From positions 8,948 through 72,947 of the forward strand of contig JAEYZN010000031.1 in NCBI GenBank assembly GCA_023428025.1: a stretch of DNA of 64,000 bases, given 5' to 3'. Positions 36,396-45,038 of this stretch are shown piece by piece. A program made the translations under genes and the position numbers. Each line of letters opens with the position of its first letter. Position 1 is the stretch's first letter. The DNA comes from Bacillota bacterium (lineage in GTDB: Bacteria > Bacillota > Clostridia > Christensenellales > SZUA-584). Under the pieces are notes generated by a model that was not told the origin of the DNA, did no database searches, and worked only from the letters and a program-made list of their open reading frames with translations.

Positions 36396-36567
36396 GCGAT
36401 GCGGCGGAGAAGTTAACGATATAATATAGTCCTAAAAAAGAAAAAAAAGTACAATACCCGTTTGGCGCAAGTTCATTATAATGGCGGTAAAAGCTGAGGA
36501 CGCACACTTTTACGAATGCTGTTTTGGTGATACAATAAGTTTAAGTGAAAGTGACTGGCGGTGAAGA

Positions 36568-37818
36568 ATGAGCAGGCTGGATACGGCGCAGGCCCTTGTG
36601 CACACTTTCGGCAATGCCGTGGGCATTCACTGCTTTGCCGTGGACATGTCGGGCAAGGGAAGCGCGAACAACGGCCTGTTCTGCCAAATCTGCTGTCAGA
36701 AACAGATTGACGAAAACGGACGGGCGGCCTGCGAAAGCCTGATGGAATACGCCATCTACCAGTCGGAACGGTGGGGCGGCAAATATGAGTTTTTGTGCCC
36801 TGCCGGGGCGGCCTTCATCGCGGCCCCGGGGTTAAGGCACGGCATGCTGGAATACGGGCTCATCGCCGGACCGTTCCTGATGGTGGAGCCGCACGACTTT
36901 CTGGAAGAAGGGTTCCCCGGGCTGTTTGCCGGCAGCACGCGCGACATCGCCGTGGCGGCCAAAACGCTGCCGTATATTGAACCCCGGCGCGTGTCGTCGC
37001 TGGCGGATATGCTGTTTATGATCACGGCCTATACCGAACAGCGGGACAGCGAAGACCTGAGGCTGCTGGAGCAGACCAGCGCCCGATATAATGAGATATT
37101 TTCAACCATACAGGATATAAAGACGGGCGCGCGTACGCAGGAATACCCGCTGGAGACGGAGAAGAGGCTGCAGCGGTATATCGCCGCGGGTGACAAGGCC
37201 GGTGCGCAGCGGGCGCTGAATGAGATTCTGGGCGCGATTTTCTTTGCGGCCGGGGCGGATTTCGCGGTGATCAAGATGCGCGTGACGGAGCTGCTGGTGC
37301 TGCTGTCGCGGGCGGCGATAGACGGCGGCGCGGAGCCGGGGCGGATATTCGGCCTCTCGCGGGACTTTCTGACGGAGATTACCGGGTTTCACACGCTGGA
37401 CGACCTCAGCATCTGGCTTTCCGGCATCCTGTCCAGCTTCACCGGGCTGGTGTTTGCCGTTCCGGAGACCAAGCACACAGACACGATACAAAAAGTGATG
37501 GAATATGTGAACGCGAACTATATGAAGCGCATGAGCCTCAATGACATATCCGAGCATGTGTCGTTCAGCGTGTCGTATTTGAGCCGCATATTTAAGGAAG
37601 AAAAGGGGATGAGCCTCTCGTCGTACATCAACGAGGTGCGCATCCGCAACGCCAAGTCCATGCTGCTGGGAAGTGACATCCCGCTCTCGTCGCTGGCATA
37701 CTGCTGCGGGTTTGACGACCAGAGCTATTTTTCCAAGGTGTTCAAGAAACTCACCGGCACGACGCCGGGCAAATACCGCGAAAAGCGGGGGATCATCAAT
37801 AAAAAGACGGAGGAATAG
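36568..37818 (+). CDS. AraC-family transcriptional regulator with N-terminal PocR-type sensory domain
   Basis: 416 aa. The N-terminal Cys-containing PocR-like region is FCQICCQ...CESLMEYAIYQSERWGGKYEFLCPAGAAFIAAP. The C-terminal AraC HTH is LNDISEHVSFSVSYLSRIFK...SSLAYCCGFDDQSYFSKVFKKLTGTTPGKYR. Confidence 0.8.
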   Translation: MSRLDTAQALVHTFGNAVGIHCFAVDMSGKGSANNGLFCQICCQKQIDENGRAACESLMEYAIYQSERWGGKYEFLCPAGAAFIAAPGLRHGMLEYGLIAGPFLMVEPHDFLEEGFPGLFAGSTRDIAVAAKTLPYIEPRRVSSLADMLFMITAYTEQRDSEDLRLLEQTSARYNEIFSTIQDIKTGARTQEYPLETEKRLQRYIAAGDKAGAQRALNEILGAIFFAAGADFAVIKMRVTELLVLLSRAAIDGGAEPGRIFGLSRDFLTEITGFHTLDDLSIWLSGILSSFTGLVFAVPETKHTDTIQKVMEYVNANYMKRMSLNDISEHVSFSVSYLSRIFKEEKGMSLSSYINEVRIRNAKSMLLGSDIPLSSLAYCCGFDDQSYFSKVFKKLTGTTPGKYREKRGIINKKTEE

Positions 37819-37821
37819 AGC

Positions 37822-38457
37822 ATGAGCATATTTGAAGAAATGAGCTCCTTTCTGCAGCAGGGCCGGGCGCCCAAGGTTAAGGAGCTGGTGACTCAGGCGC
37901 TGGCCGACGGCGAGGACGCAAAAAAGATATTGGAAGAAGGCCTGCTCTCCGGTATGGCGATCATCGGCGGAAAGTTCAAAAACAACGAGGTGTATGTGCC
38001 TGAGGTGCTGATTGCCGCCCGGGCGATGAACGCGGGCATGGAGATTTTGAAGCCGTCGCTGGCCAGCAACGATGTGAAGGCCGTGGGCAAGGCGATCTTA
38101 GGGACGGTGAAGGGCGACCTGCACGACATCGGCAAGAACCTCGTCAAGATCATGCTGGAGGGCAAGGGCATTGAGGTGATCGACCTGGGCACCGACGTGG
38201 CGCCCGAGACGTTCATCCAGGCGGCGATCGACAATGACGCGAAGGTCGTGGCGTGCTCGGCGCTGCTGACGACGACGATGGGCGTGATGAAGGACGTGGT
38301 GGACAAAGCCAAGGAGATGGGCGTGCGCGACAAGCTGTCCATCATGGTGGGCGGCGCGCCGGTCACCGAGAACTACAAGGATTCCATCGGCGCGGACTAT
38401 TACGCGTCGGACGCGGCTTCCGCGTCGGACGTGGCGTATCAGATACTGAGCGCATAA
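37822..38457 (+). CDS. stand-alone corrinoid (B12)-binding protein, methyltransferase-cognate type
   Basis: 211 aa. N-terminal helical cap plus a Rossmann B12-binding domain with DxHxxG (GDLHDIGKN), SALLTTTM and MVGGAP blocks. Starts 3 nt after the regulator stop. Confidence 0.8.
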   Translation: MSIFEEMSSFLQQGRAPKVKELVTQALADGEDAKKILEEGLLSGMAIIGGKFKNNEVYVPEVLIAARAMNAGMEILKPSLASNDVKAVGKAILGTVKGDLHDIGKNLVKIMLEGKGIEVIDLGTDVAPETFIQAAIDNDAKVVACSALLTTTMGVMKDVVDKAKEMGVRDKLSIMVGGAPVTENYKDSIGADYYASDAASASDVAYQILSA

Positions 38458-38611
38458 ATATCAAAAAGCAATATAGTGTGTAATGGCGGCCGGTTTGAAG
38501 TGACCGGCTGTTATTTTTATGGATGATATTGTTGAAGATGCGCATGGTTGACAGGGCTTTGCCTGTATGCGATGATATTTGTATCAATTCAGATTAGACG
38601 GAGAGTTAAAT

Positions 38612-39136
38612 ATGGCGCTGAGAGAGATACGCAAGATCGGCGACGAGGTGCTGCGCAAAACCTGCAAGCCGGTGACCGAAGTGAACGACAGGATCAGGAT
38701 GCTGCTGCAGGACATAGAGGATACGCTGAAAAGCGACGACAACGGGGCGGGGCTGGCCGCGCCGCAGATCGGCATATTGCGCCGCTTGATCGTGGTGAAC
38801 GGCCCGGACGGCTATCTCAAGCTGGTGAATCCGCGTATCGTGGCGGCGGAGGGCGAGCATGAGGTGGAGGAAGGCTGCCTGAGCGTGCCGGGCAGGTGGG
38901 GCAAGCTGATGCGCCCCGTGAAGGTGAAGGTGGCGGCGCTCAACGAGAACGGCGAAGAAGTGTCGATCGACGCCGAGGACGACTACGCCAAGCTGATGTG
39001 CCACGAGATCGACCATCTGGACGGCATACTGTTCATCGACAAAGTCACGGAGTTTCTGGACGACGGGGACGGAGATGACGACGATGAAGACGGGGACGAC
39101 GAGGACTGGGACGAAGACGAAGCCGACGAGGACTGA
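38612..39136 (+). CDS. def: peptide deformylase with polyacidic C-terminal tail
   Basis: Motifs GLAAPQIG, EGCLSVPG and HEIDHLDG. ATG 38612 follows GGAGAG. The last 25 residues are DDGDGDDDDEDGDDEDWDEDEADED. Confidence 0.9.
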   Translation: MALREIRKIGDEVLRKTCKPVTEVNDRIRMLLQDIEDTLKSDDNGAGLAAPQIGILRRLIVVNGPDGYLKLVNPRIVAAEGEHEVEEGCLSVPGRWGKLMRPVKVKVAALNENGEEVSIDAEDDYAKLMCHEIDHLDGILFIDKVTEFLDDGDGDDDDEDGDDEDWDEDEADED

Positions 39137-39171
39137 GAAACACCTGATGAAGCTTAAAGGAGGGCGACGCC

Positions 39172-39423
39172 ATGCTGGAATTCAAATACGATACCCAATT
39201 GCTTATTGAAGGGGACGGCCTTCAGGAGGATGAGATCAACAGGTACATTTCAGAAAACATTGAAGGCGACAGCCTGCTGGCTGTGGGGGACGACAAGCTG
39301 ATCAAGATCCATTACCATACCAACACGCCATGGAAGGTGCTGGAATATTGCGATACCCTGGGGGACATCTACGACATCGTTGTGGAGAATATGGAACGCC
39401 AGGAGAACGGCCTGCAGGGCTAG
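39172..39423 (+). CDS. small protein resembling the central domain of FakA/YloV (DAK2-fusion fatty-acid kinase subunit); stand-alone or gene fragment
   Basis: 83 aa. GDSLLAVGDDKLIKIHYHTNTPWKVLEYCDTLGDIYDIVVENMERQ parallels the GDS.VVV.D...KVHVHTN.P......G.L..IKIENM..Q block. It has its own AAAGGAGG and no Dak2 domain upstream. Confidence 0.5.
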   Translation: MLEFKYDTQLLIEGDGLQEDEINRYISENIEGDSLLAVGDDKLIKIHYHTNTPWKVLEYCDTLGDIYDIVVENMERQENGLQG

Positions 39424-39493
39424 CCACCGGCGCCGGATAATCTTTATTCAGTTTACAGAAGCGATATCAGCCGCGAGCGGGCGGTATCGTTTT

Positions 39494-39982
39494 TTATTCC
39501 ACACCGAACATCAGCCGCGCCAGTTCCCGGCCCGCCCGCGTTTTGAAGTATTTGTGGTGAAAGGTGACGAAGGCTTCGTGCGTGAAGTCGGCCTCGTCGC
39601 GGTTGACCAGAAAGTCCGCCTCGATGATGATCTGGTAGTCGATGCCATTAACGTCCGTGTAGGTATGGTGGTGGGCGATGATGTACTGCACGCGCTCTGA
39701 GACGGCTGCGCTCGCGCCGCAGCGCTCCAGTATCGGGCGGGCGATGGCGGGGCCTTCTTTTTCCTGCAGCTTGCCGCCGCACGCGCCGTATTTTTCCTCG
39801 CAGTGGCGGATGGCGATGTCGTGCAGCACCGCGGTCAGCTCGACGACTGTCAGCGCTTCGCCGGTCAGGCCTTCTTTCTCTGCAATGGCGCGGGCAAAGC
39901 CCAGCACCTTGAGCGCGTGACCCACGCGGCGGGTGTCGCTGCCGTTGACTTTTACCATCTCCAATATCGCCTGGCCTGTCAT
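39494..39982 (-). CDS. HD-domain phosphohydrolase
   Basis: 162 aa. Contains H...LHDI (HD motif) and IIAHHHTY. Confidence 0.75.
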   Translation of the reverse strand: MTGQAILEMVKVNGSDTRRVGHALKVLGFARAIAEKEGLTGEALTVVELTAVLHDIAIRHCEEKYGACGGKLQEKEGPAIARPILERCGASAAVSERVQYIIAHHHTYTDVNGIDYQIIIEADFLVNRDEADFTHEAFVTFHHKYFKTRAGRELARLMFGVE

Positions 39983-40101
39983 ATTTTCTCTCCTTTGACG
40001 TGTATACGTTGATATTGTGACAAGACAAGTATATAATCATTTACAGGGATTTAACAATAATCCCGAACCGAAATTATACTTATATATTATTGGAGCCTGT
40101 C

Positions 40102-41121
40102 ATGAATATCTTCTACCCGCTTAAAAAGGCGCTTATTTTGCGTAACCTTGAAAAGCGCAGGCAAGCGCACCCCTTTGCCGCCGAAGAGGCGGAACGCCAC
40201 TCGATGCCCGCGGACGCGGGCGATGACCAGAACAACAGCCACTATTTCTCCTGCCATGACCTTATGGGCAACAGCCTGCTGATTCGCCATGCCCAGCGGG
40301 GCGTGAAACACATCGAGGTGTGGTTTGCTTACCGCGACGCGGCGGGCCGCGCGTATATCAGCGGCAGGCAGCTCTACGCCGCGGGCGAAGCGTCCACCGG
40401 CGTGGCCTGTGTGGAGCCGGGCAAAACGTGGACGTTCTCATATGACGGCGAGGCGCAGGACCTGCGCTCCGGCCGGACAGTCCCTGCGGAGCTGGACGCC
40501 ACGTTCAACGCGATGGGCGGCATATTCGAGTTCGGCCACGACGTGGACGCGCGCGTGATGGCGGCGGCGATCGCGAAAGAGAAATGGAGCCGGGCGTTCT
40601 TCGAGGAGCTGCAGAGCAACGACCAGGTGCACTACGAGCAGCCGGGCCGGGCCGCCGGCACGCTGGAGCTGGGCGGGGAGATCATCCCGTTCAATCTTCC
40701 GGCGATGCGCGACCACTCCTTCGGCAAGCGCGACTGGAGCTACATGAACAGACACTTCTGGCTGATGGCGCTGATGGAGGACGGGCGGCAGCTGAACGCC
40801 AACATGGTGAGCTACCCGGTGCTGAAGCTGATGACCGGCTATTATGCGGACGGCGGCAAAACGGTGTGCGTGGAGAACGCGCGCATCGTGGAAGACGTGG
40901 TGAGGCCGCATGAGGTGCCGGAGGCGTTCACGTTTGAGGCACAGCTGACGGACGGGCGGGCCTTAAGCGTGGCGTGCCGCCGCGAGGCGGTGTTCCCGTT
41001 CCCGTTTGCGGGCGGGGCGTATACCATCTATGAGGGCGTGGGCGCGTTTGAGCTGGATGGCGCGAAGGGACGCGGCATACTCGAGTTCGGCTGGAACGGC
41101 GATCCGTCCCGCTGCGTGTGA
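40102..41121 (+). CDS. hypothetical protein (about 339 aa), family not recognised
   Basis: GC-rich ORF with a consistent frame. ATG 40102 lies 6 nt after TGGAG. Notable block RDHSFGKRDWSYMNRHFW. It ends 13 nt before the next gene. Confidence 0.6.
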   Translation: MNIFYPLKKALILRNLEKRRQAHPFAAEEAERHSMPADAGDDQNNSHYFSCHDLMGNSLLIRHAQRGVKHIEVWFAYRDAAGRAYISGRQLYAAGEASTGVACVEPGKTWTFSYDGEAQDLRSGRTVPAELDATFNAMGGIFEFGHDVDARVMAAAIAKEKWSRAFFEELQSNDQVHYEQPGRAAGTLELGGEIIPFNLPAMRDHSFGKRDWSYMNRHFWLMALMEDGRQLNANMVSYPVLKLMTGYYADGGKTVCVENARIVEDVVRPHEVPEAFTFEAQLTDGRALSVACRREAVFPFPFAGGAYTIYEGVGAFELDGAKGRGILEFGWNGDPSRCV

Positions 41122-41134
41122 CGGGAGGGCGGCC

Positions 41135-43504
41135 ATGATATACAGGATCACGGAGATACCCGAGGCGGCGCTCAAAGCCGTGGGCGGCAAGGCGCGCGGA
41201 CTGCACAGCCTGGCGGCGTGCGGCCTCAATGTGCCGGACGGCTTTGTGGTGACGGACGCCGGAAGCGCGGCGGCGGCGGACGACGCGGCGGCATATTATG
41301 AGATGCTGGGGCTGGGGAAAGTGGCGGTGCGGTCGTCCGCGGCGGCGGAAGATGGCATGGATTTTTCCAGCGCCGGGCAATACAGCACGTACCTCAACGT
41401 GGCGGGCAAGGCCGCCGTCAGGCAGGCTGTGCGGGACTGCGCGGCCTCATTGCACAGCGAAACGGCACGGCAGTACGCGGCGACGTTCATCGGCGCGAAG
41501 AGCGCGCAGATGTGCGTGGTGGTGCAGGCGATGGCGGAAGGCGAGTTCTCCGGCGTGTGCTTCACGCAGCACCCGGACGGGCGCGGCGGCCTGCTGATCG
41601 AGGCGGTGGAAGGGCTGGGCGAGGCGCTGGTGTCCGGCCACGCCACGGCGGTGGCCTGCCGCGTGGACGAAGAAACGCTGGCAGCGCCGGACAGCGGCTT
41701 TATGAGCGCGGCGCTGGTGCGCGAGATCGCCGCGGGAGCGCTCAGGGCAAAGGATTATTTCGGGTGCGAGCTGGACATCGAATGGGCCGTAAGGGGCAGC
41801 GAGGTGTTCTGGCTGCAGGCGCGTCCCATCACGGTGCAGGACGAGCCGGACGCGTTTGAGCTGGACAACACGGGCGTGAAGGATGACGACGTGGTGACGA
41901 CGTGCAATGTGGGCGAGATGCTGCCCGGCGCGGTGACGCCGCTGTCCATATCGACCAGCGTTTACGGCATCGACTACGGCATGCGCCGGATGATCGCGCA
42001 TGTGGGCGGGGCGAAGCATTTAGGCGACATACCGCCCGGCAGCTGCGTGACCAACTTCGGGAATCATCTGTTTATCAATATATCCTCGCTGTATGCCATT
42101 GCCGACCATGTGGTGGGCGCGACACGGGAGGGCGTGGAGCTGAGCCTGTGCGGCCGGCTGCTGGAGAACGTGCCGCAGCCGCCGGTCCCCAGGGTATCGA
42201 AGCTGGCCAGGATGAACAACGCGCGCAAGTATTTCACGATGATACTGCGCACCGGCCGGGCCTGCCGCAAGCTCAAAAACCTGGCGGACAGGGCGGACAT
42301 TCCCGCCCGCAGGACGGCCAAAGAGCAGCTGGCTGAGATAGACCAGCGGATATGGATGAACAATGAGGCGTTCTGGCTGCACTACATCACCTCGGGGCAC
42401 TCGGGGTCCATGAGCAGCGCGCTGTTTTTGATACTGATGGCGGACGGGTGCGACGCGGACACGGCCAAGGCGAAGATCGCCGGGGTGCTGGAGGATATCG
42501 ACGGCATCGAGAGCGTGGACATACTGCGCTCGCTGCGCCGGGCGGCGCGCGCATTGATCGCCGAGAAACCGGACATCGCGGCCCTGAGCGCCAAGGAGCT
42601 GGCGGCGTATCTGAAAACGTGCGGGCCGGAAAGCCGGCAGGCGCTGGACGAATTTTTGCAGCGGCACGGCCACCGCGCGATACGCGAGGCGGAGCTGCGC
42701 AGCCAATCGTGGCACGCGGACGAGGAGAGCCTGTGCAATTATCTGAAGACGGTGATATCGACCGGCGCGGAGGAGACGGCCAAAACGCGGGCGGTGGAGA
42801 AAAATATCGAGGCACTGCTGGCAGAGCAGAAGGGCCTGCTGAGCTGGATGACGCGCAGCATCATCTCTCAGGCGCGCAAGGGCGTGGTGAACCGCGAGTA
42901 CACCAAGTCCCAAAGCATCCGCGTGGTGGACAAATTCAAGACGGCTTACCGGCAGCTGGCGGCGCTGCTGGTGCAAGACGGCATACTGCCCGACGCGGAC
43001 CTCGTCTTCTTCCTGACGCATGACGAGCTGAAGCGGCTGGTGGACGGCGGCGATCTGGCGCTGGTGAAGCGGGCGCTGGCGCGGCGCAGGCTGCTGGAGC
43101 AGCAGAAGACCTTCCGCTACGACGAGGTGTGCGTGGGACGGCCCCGGCCAAAGCTGACCGTGGTGCGCCCCGCCGAGGGCACGGCGGTGCTGGCGGGCAC
43201 GTCATTAAGCCGCGGCACGGCGACGGGGCGGGCGCGCGTGGTGCGCAGCGTGGACGAGGCCAACAGCCTGGAGCCCGGCGAGATCATGGTGGCGGCGTTC
43301 ACCGACATCGGCTGGTCCCCGTATTATTGCATGCTGGGCGCGCTGGTGACCGAGGTGGGCTCGGCGCTGTCGCACGGGGCGGTGGTCGCAAGGGAGTACG
43401 CGCTGCCGCTGGTGTCCGGCGTGGCGTTTGCCACCGAGGTGATCCGCACCGGCGACATGATCAGCGTGGACGGCACGGCGGGCACGGTGGCCATCATCGA
43501 ATAG
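41135..43504 (+). CDS. PEP-utilising enzyme family protein with rifampicin-phosphotransferase-like architecture (ATP-grasp N-domain, central domain, C-terminal swivel His domain)
   Basis: 789 aa from ATG 41135 (GGGAGGG upstream). N-terminal GGKARGLHSL...VPDGFVV and VAVRSSAAAEDGMDFSSAGQYSTYLNV (PPDK_N). C-terminal GEIMVAAFTDIGWSPYY...GSALSHGAVVAREYALP (mobile His domain). No PEP/pyruvate TIM barrel. Confidence 0.75.
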   Translation: MIYRITEIPEAALKAVGGKARGLHSLAACGLNVPDGFVVTDAGSAAAADDAAAYYEMLGLGKVAVRSSAAAEDGMDFSSAGQYSTYLNVAGKAAVRQAVRDCAASLHSETARQYAATFIGAKSAQMCVVVQAMAEGEFSGVCFTQHPDGRGGLLIEAVEGLGEALVSGHATAVACRVDEETLAAPDSGFMSAALVREIAAGALRAKDYFGCELDIEWAVRGSEVFWLQARPITVQDEPDAFELDNTGVKDDDVVTTCNVGEMLPGAVTPLSISTSVYGIDYGMRRMIAHVGGAKHLGDIPPGSCVTNFGNHLFINISSLYAIADHVVGATREGVELSLCGRLLENVPQPPVPRVSKLARMNNARKYFTMILRTGRACRKLKNLADRADIPARRTAKEQLAEIDQRIWMNNEAFWLHYITSGHSGSMSSALFLILMADGCDADTAKAKIAGVLEDIDGIESVDILRSLRRAARALIAEKPDIAALSAKELAAYLKTCGPESRQALDEFLQRHGHRAIREAELRSQSWHADEESLCNYLKTVISTGAEETAKTRAVEKNIEALLAEQKGLLSWMTRSIISQARKGVVNREYTKSQSIRVVDKFKTAYRQLAALLVQDGILPDADLVFFLTHDELKRLVDGGDLALVKRALARRRLLEQQKTFRYDEVCVGRPRPKLTVVRPAEGTAVLAGTSLSRGTATGRARVVRSVDEANSLEPGEIMVAAFTDIGWSPYYCMLGALVTEVGSALSHGAVVAREYALPLVSGVAFATEVIRTGDMISVDGTAGTVAIIE

Positions 43505-43559
43505 GCATCAAAAGAAAGACCAGCTATAAAAAATCAAGTAAAATGAAGAAAAGTTTTAT

Positions 43560-43610
43560 TAGGGCCTGTTAACATAATCCGAAGCGGGTGGATTATGTTA
43601 ACAGGCCCTA
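43560..43610. repeat. perfect 21-bp inverted repeat (hairpin) at a GC-content boundary
   Basis: tagggcctgttaacataatcc (43560-43580), loop gaagcgggt, ggattatgttaacaggcccta (43590-43610). Lies between convergent genes with no U-tract on either side. Confidence 0.9.
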
Positions 43611-43617
43611 GAATTGA

Positions 43618-44181
43618 TTAGCGAAGCAGTAAAGCTCTGTCAATCAGCTTGTTGTACAAATAGGTATCAAAAGGATCAAAATGATCTTTAGTAAAATAAC
43701 TGGCAGCAAACCATGCAATATCAGTATTCTCAGAAAGCTGAGGGCGGACTTGTTCCTGTTCATCACAGATAAGTAGATACGCCACTGATAAATGTAAATG
43801 TGCGTTAACATAACGGCCTCTTCGCCTATGACCGAATACAGGAAGGATGTCAATGGAGGCGATATGCCTTGAGAGCGGATTTATGGAAACAACCCCTGTT
43901 TCCTCTGCGGCTTCTTTGATGGCGACATGCAGCAAATCACTATCACCATCTGCATGTCCGCCTGTCCAAGCCCAAACGTTACGGATATTGTGGTGAACCA
44001 ATAGCACCTTATCTAACTGTTTATTCATCAAAAAGCCTGAACTCGTTATGTGAGCAATAGGGTTCTCTCGAAAGAGTACATTATGATTGTACTGTTGAAT
44101 GTAAGATAAAATTATGCTCTTATCGGTATCTTCTTGCTCATTAGCTGGTGTGAACAGCCTAATATTGTTTATGTAATCCAT
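43618..44181 (-). CDS. NUDIX hydrolase
   Basis: 187 aa. Nudix box GGHADGDSDLLHVAIKEAAEETGV. AT-rich. Confidence 0.8.
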   Translation of the reverse strand: MDYINNIRLFTPANEQEDTDKSIILSYIQQYNHNVLFRENPIAHITSSGFLMNKQLDKVLLVHHNIRNVWAWTGGHADGDSDLLHVAIKEAAEETGVVSINPLSRHIASIDILPVFGHRRRGRYVNAHLHLSVAYLLICDEQEQVRPQLSENTDIAWFAASYFTKDHFDPFDTYLYNKLIDRALLLR

Positions 44182-44194
44182 GTGACACCTCCTG

Positions 44195-44750
44195 CTAGAT
44201 GTTTTTCTTTGGTGACGTTGGCGGGTATGGCCTGTTCTCTCTGGGAATTGTAAAAATGATGTTTTCCTCTTGCTTTAAGGGACTGGTAATACTCCGGCAG
44301 AATGGAGCCGCAGAATGTCCCCCGGTTGGCGGCAAACCAAACAGCCCGCCGCAGATAGGGCGAACCGCGCTTGGATATCTTCTGTTTTGTTTCGGTAAAC
44401 TTGCCGATTGTGCTGCCTTAACATCATCCAGCAGGGCAATTATTCGCCGTTTGCAGTCGCCACAGTTGTCCACAAGCACCATCCGAAACAGGGTTAATTG
44501 CCTTATGGCAACAATGTTTTCGTTAGGTATGCAGCGCATCCTACCGGTCGCGGTCAGCTCATTCGTATCTGACCGTAAAGACAGGGGTTCAATTCTTTCG
44601 TACGAAGCCACACTTCAAGGAGAACAGACTGCGCGCTCTGCCTGTTACGCTTATTATCCCACATCCATCACAGGATAACAAGTTTTCATACGGCGTTCCT
44701 GTCAAAACACGAGGAGGCGCGGCTGACTCCGTTCGCCTCCTCATATAAGG
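44195..44750 (-). pseudogene. IS110-family transposase remnant (frameshifted, internally deleted)
   Basis: One minus-strand frame gives GKFTETKQKISKRGSPYLRRAVWFAANRG...YYQSLKARGKHH (the diagnostic SKRGSPYLRRA.W.AA block, about 44328-44378). Other pieces lie in different frames (CGIISVTGRARSLFSLKCGFVRK resembles the VGIDVSKG... N-terminus). Total length is far below a 400-aa transposase. Confidence 0.55.
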
Positions 44751-45038
44751 TATTGTAAGCAGGGGGTTATCTGCCTGGCAATACTGGCGAGTCAATCCCG
44801 CCATCTTCCTGCAATATAACGCGCAGCCTGTCCCAAAACACGGACAGCGGCGGCGCGTTTTGTTTTTGCCCGCATATAATTATGATAATGAACAGTTTGT
44901 TAAAAGCTGTGCGCTGTGATGGATTTTATGCGGGGGCTGTTATATAATGCAGGCTATGTTTGTATAATTCTGGTGCGGGCTTGAAAAGGCGGCGCAGTGG
45001 ATGTTATAATGACAGCTTGAACAAACAAAGGAGTTTGT

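Noticed and set aside
36396-37821. I looked for a cobalamin riboswitch or T-box upstream of the PocR regulator and corrinoid genes.
   Set aside because: No B12-box-like or specifier/T-box-like conserved strings were recognised by eye. This cannot be excluded without an Infernal scan.
41447-43021. Minus-strand ORFs (190 and 333 aa) and several plus-strand off-frame ORFs inside the PEP-utilising enzyme gene.
   Set aside because: They are shadow frames. Only the frame starting at 41135 carries the PPDK_N and swivel-domain motifs.
44199-44678. 159-aa plus-strand ORF and the 138-aa and 71-aa minus-strand ORFs in the same region.
   Set aside because: The only recognisable coding signal is the IS110 SKRGSPYLRRA block, which lies in yet another minus frame. 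The region is best described as a decayed transposase rather than as intact small genes.
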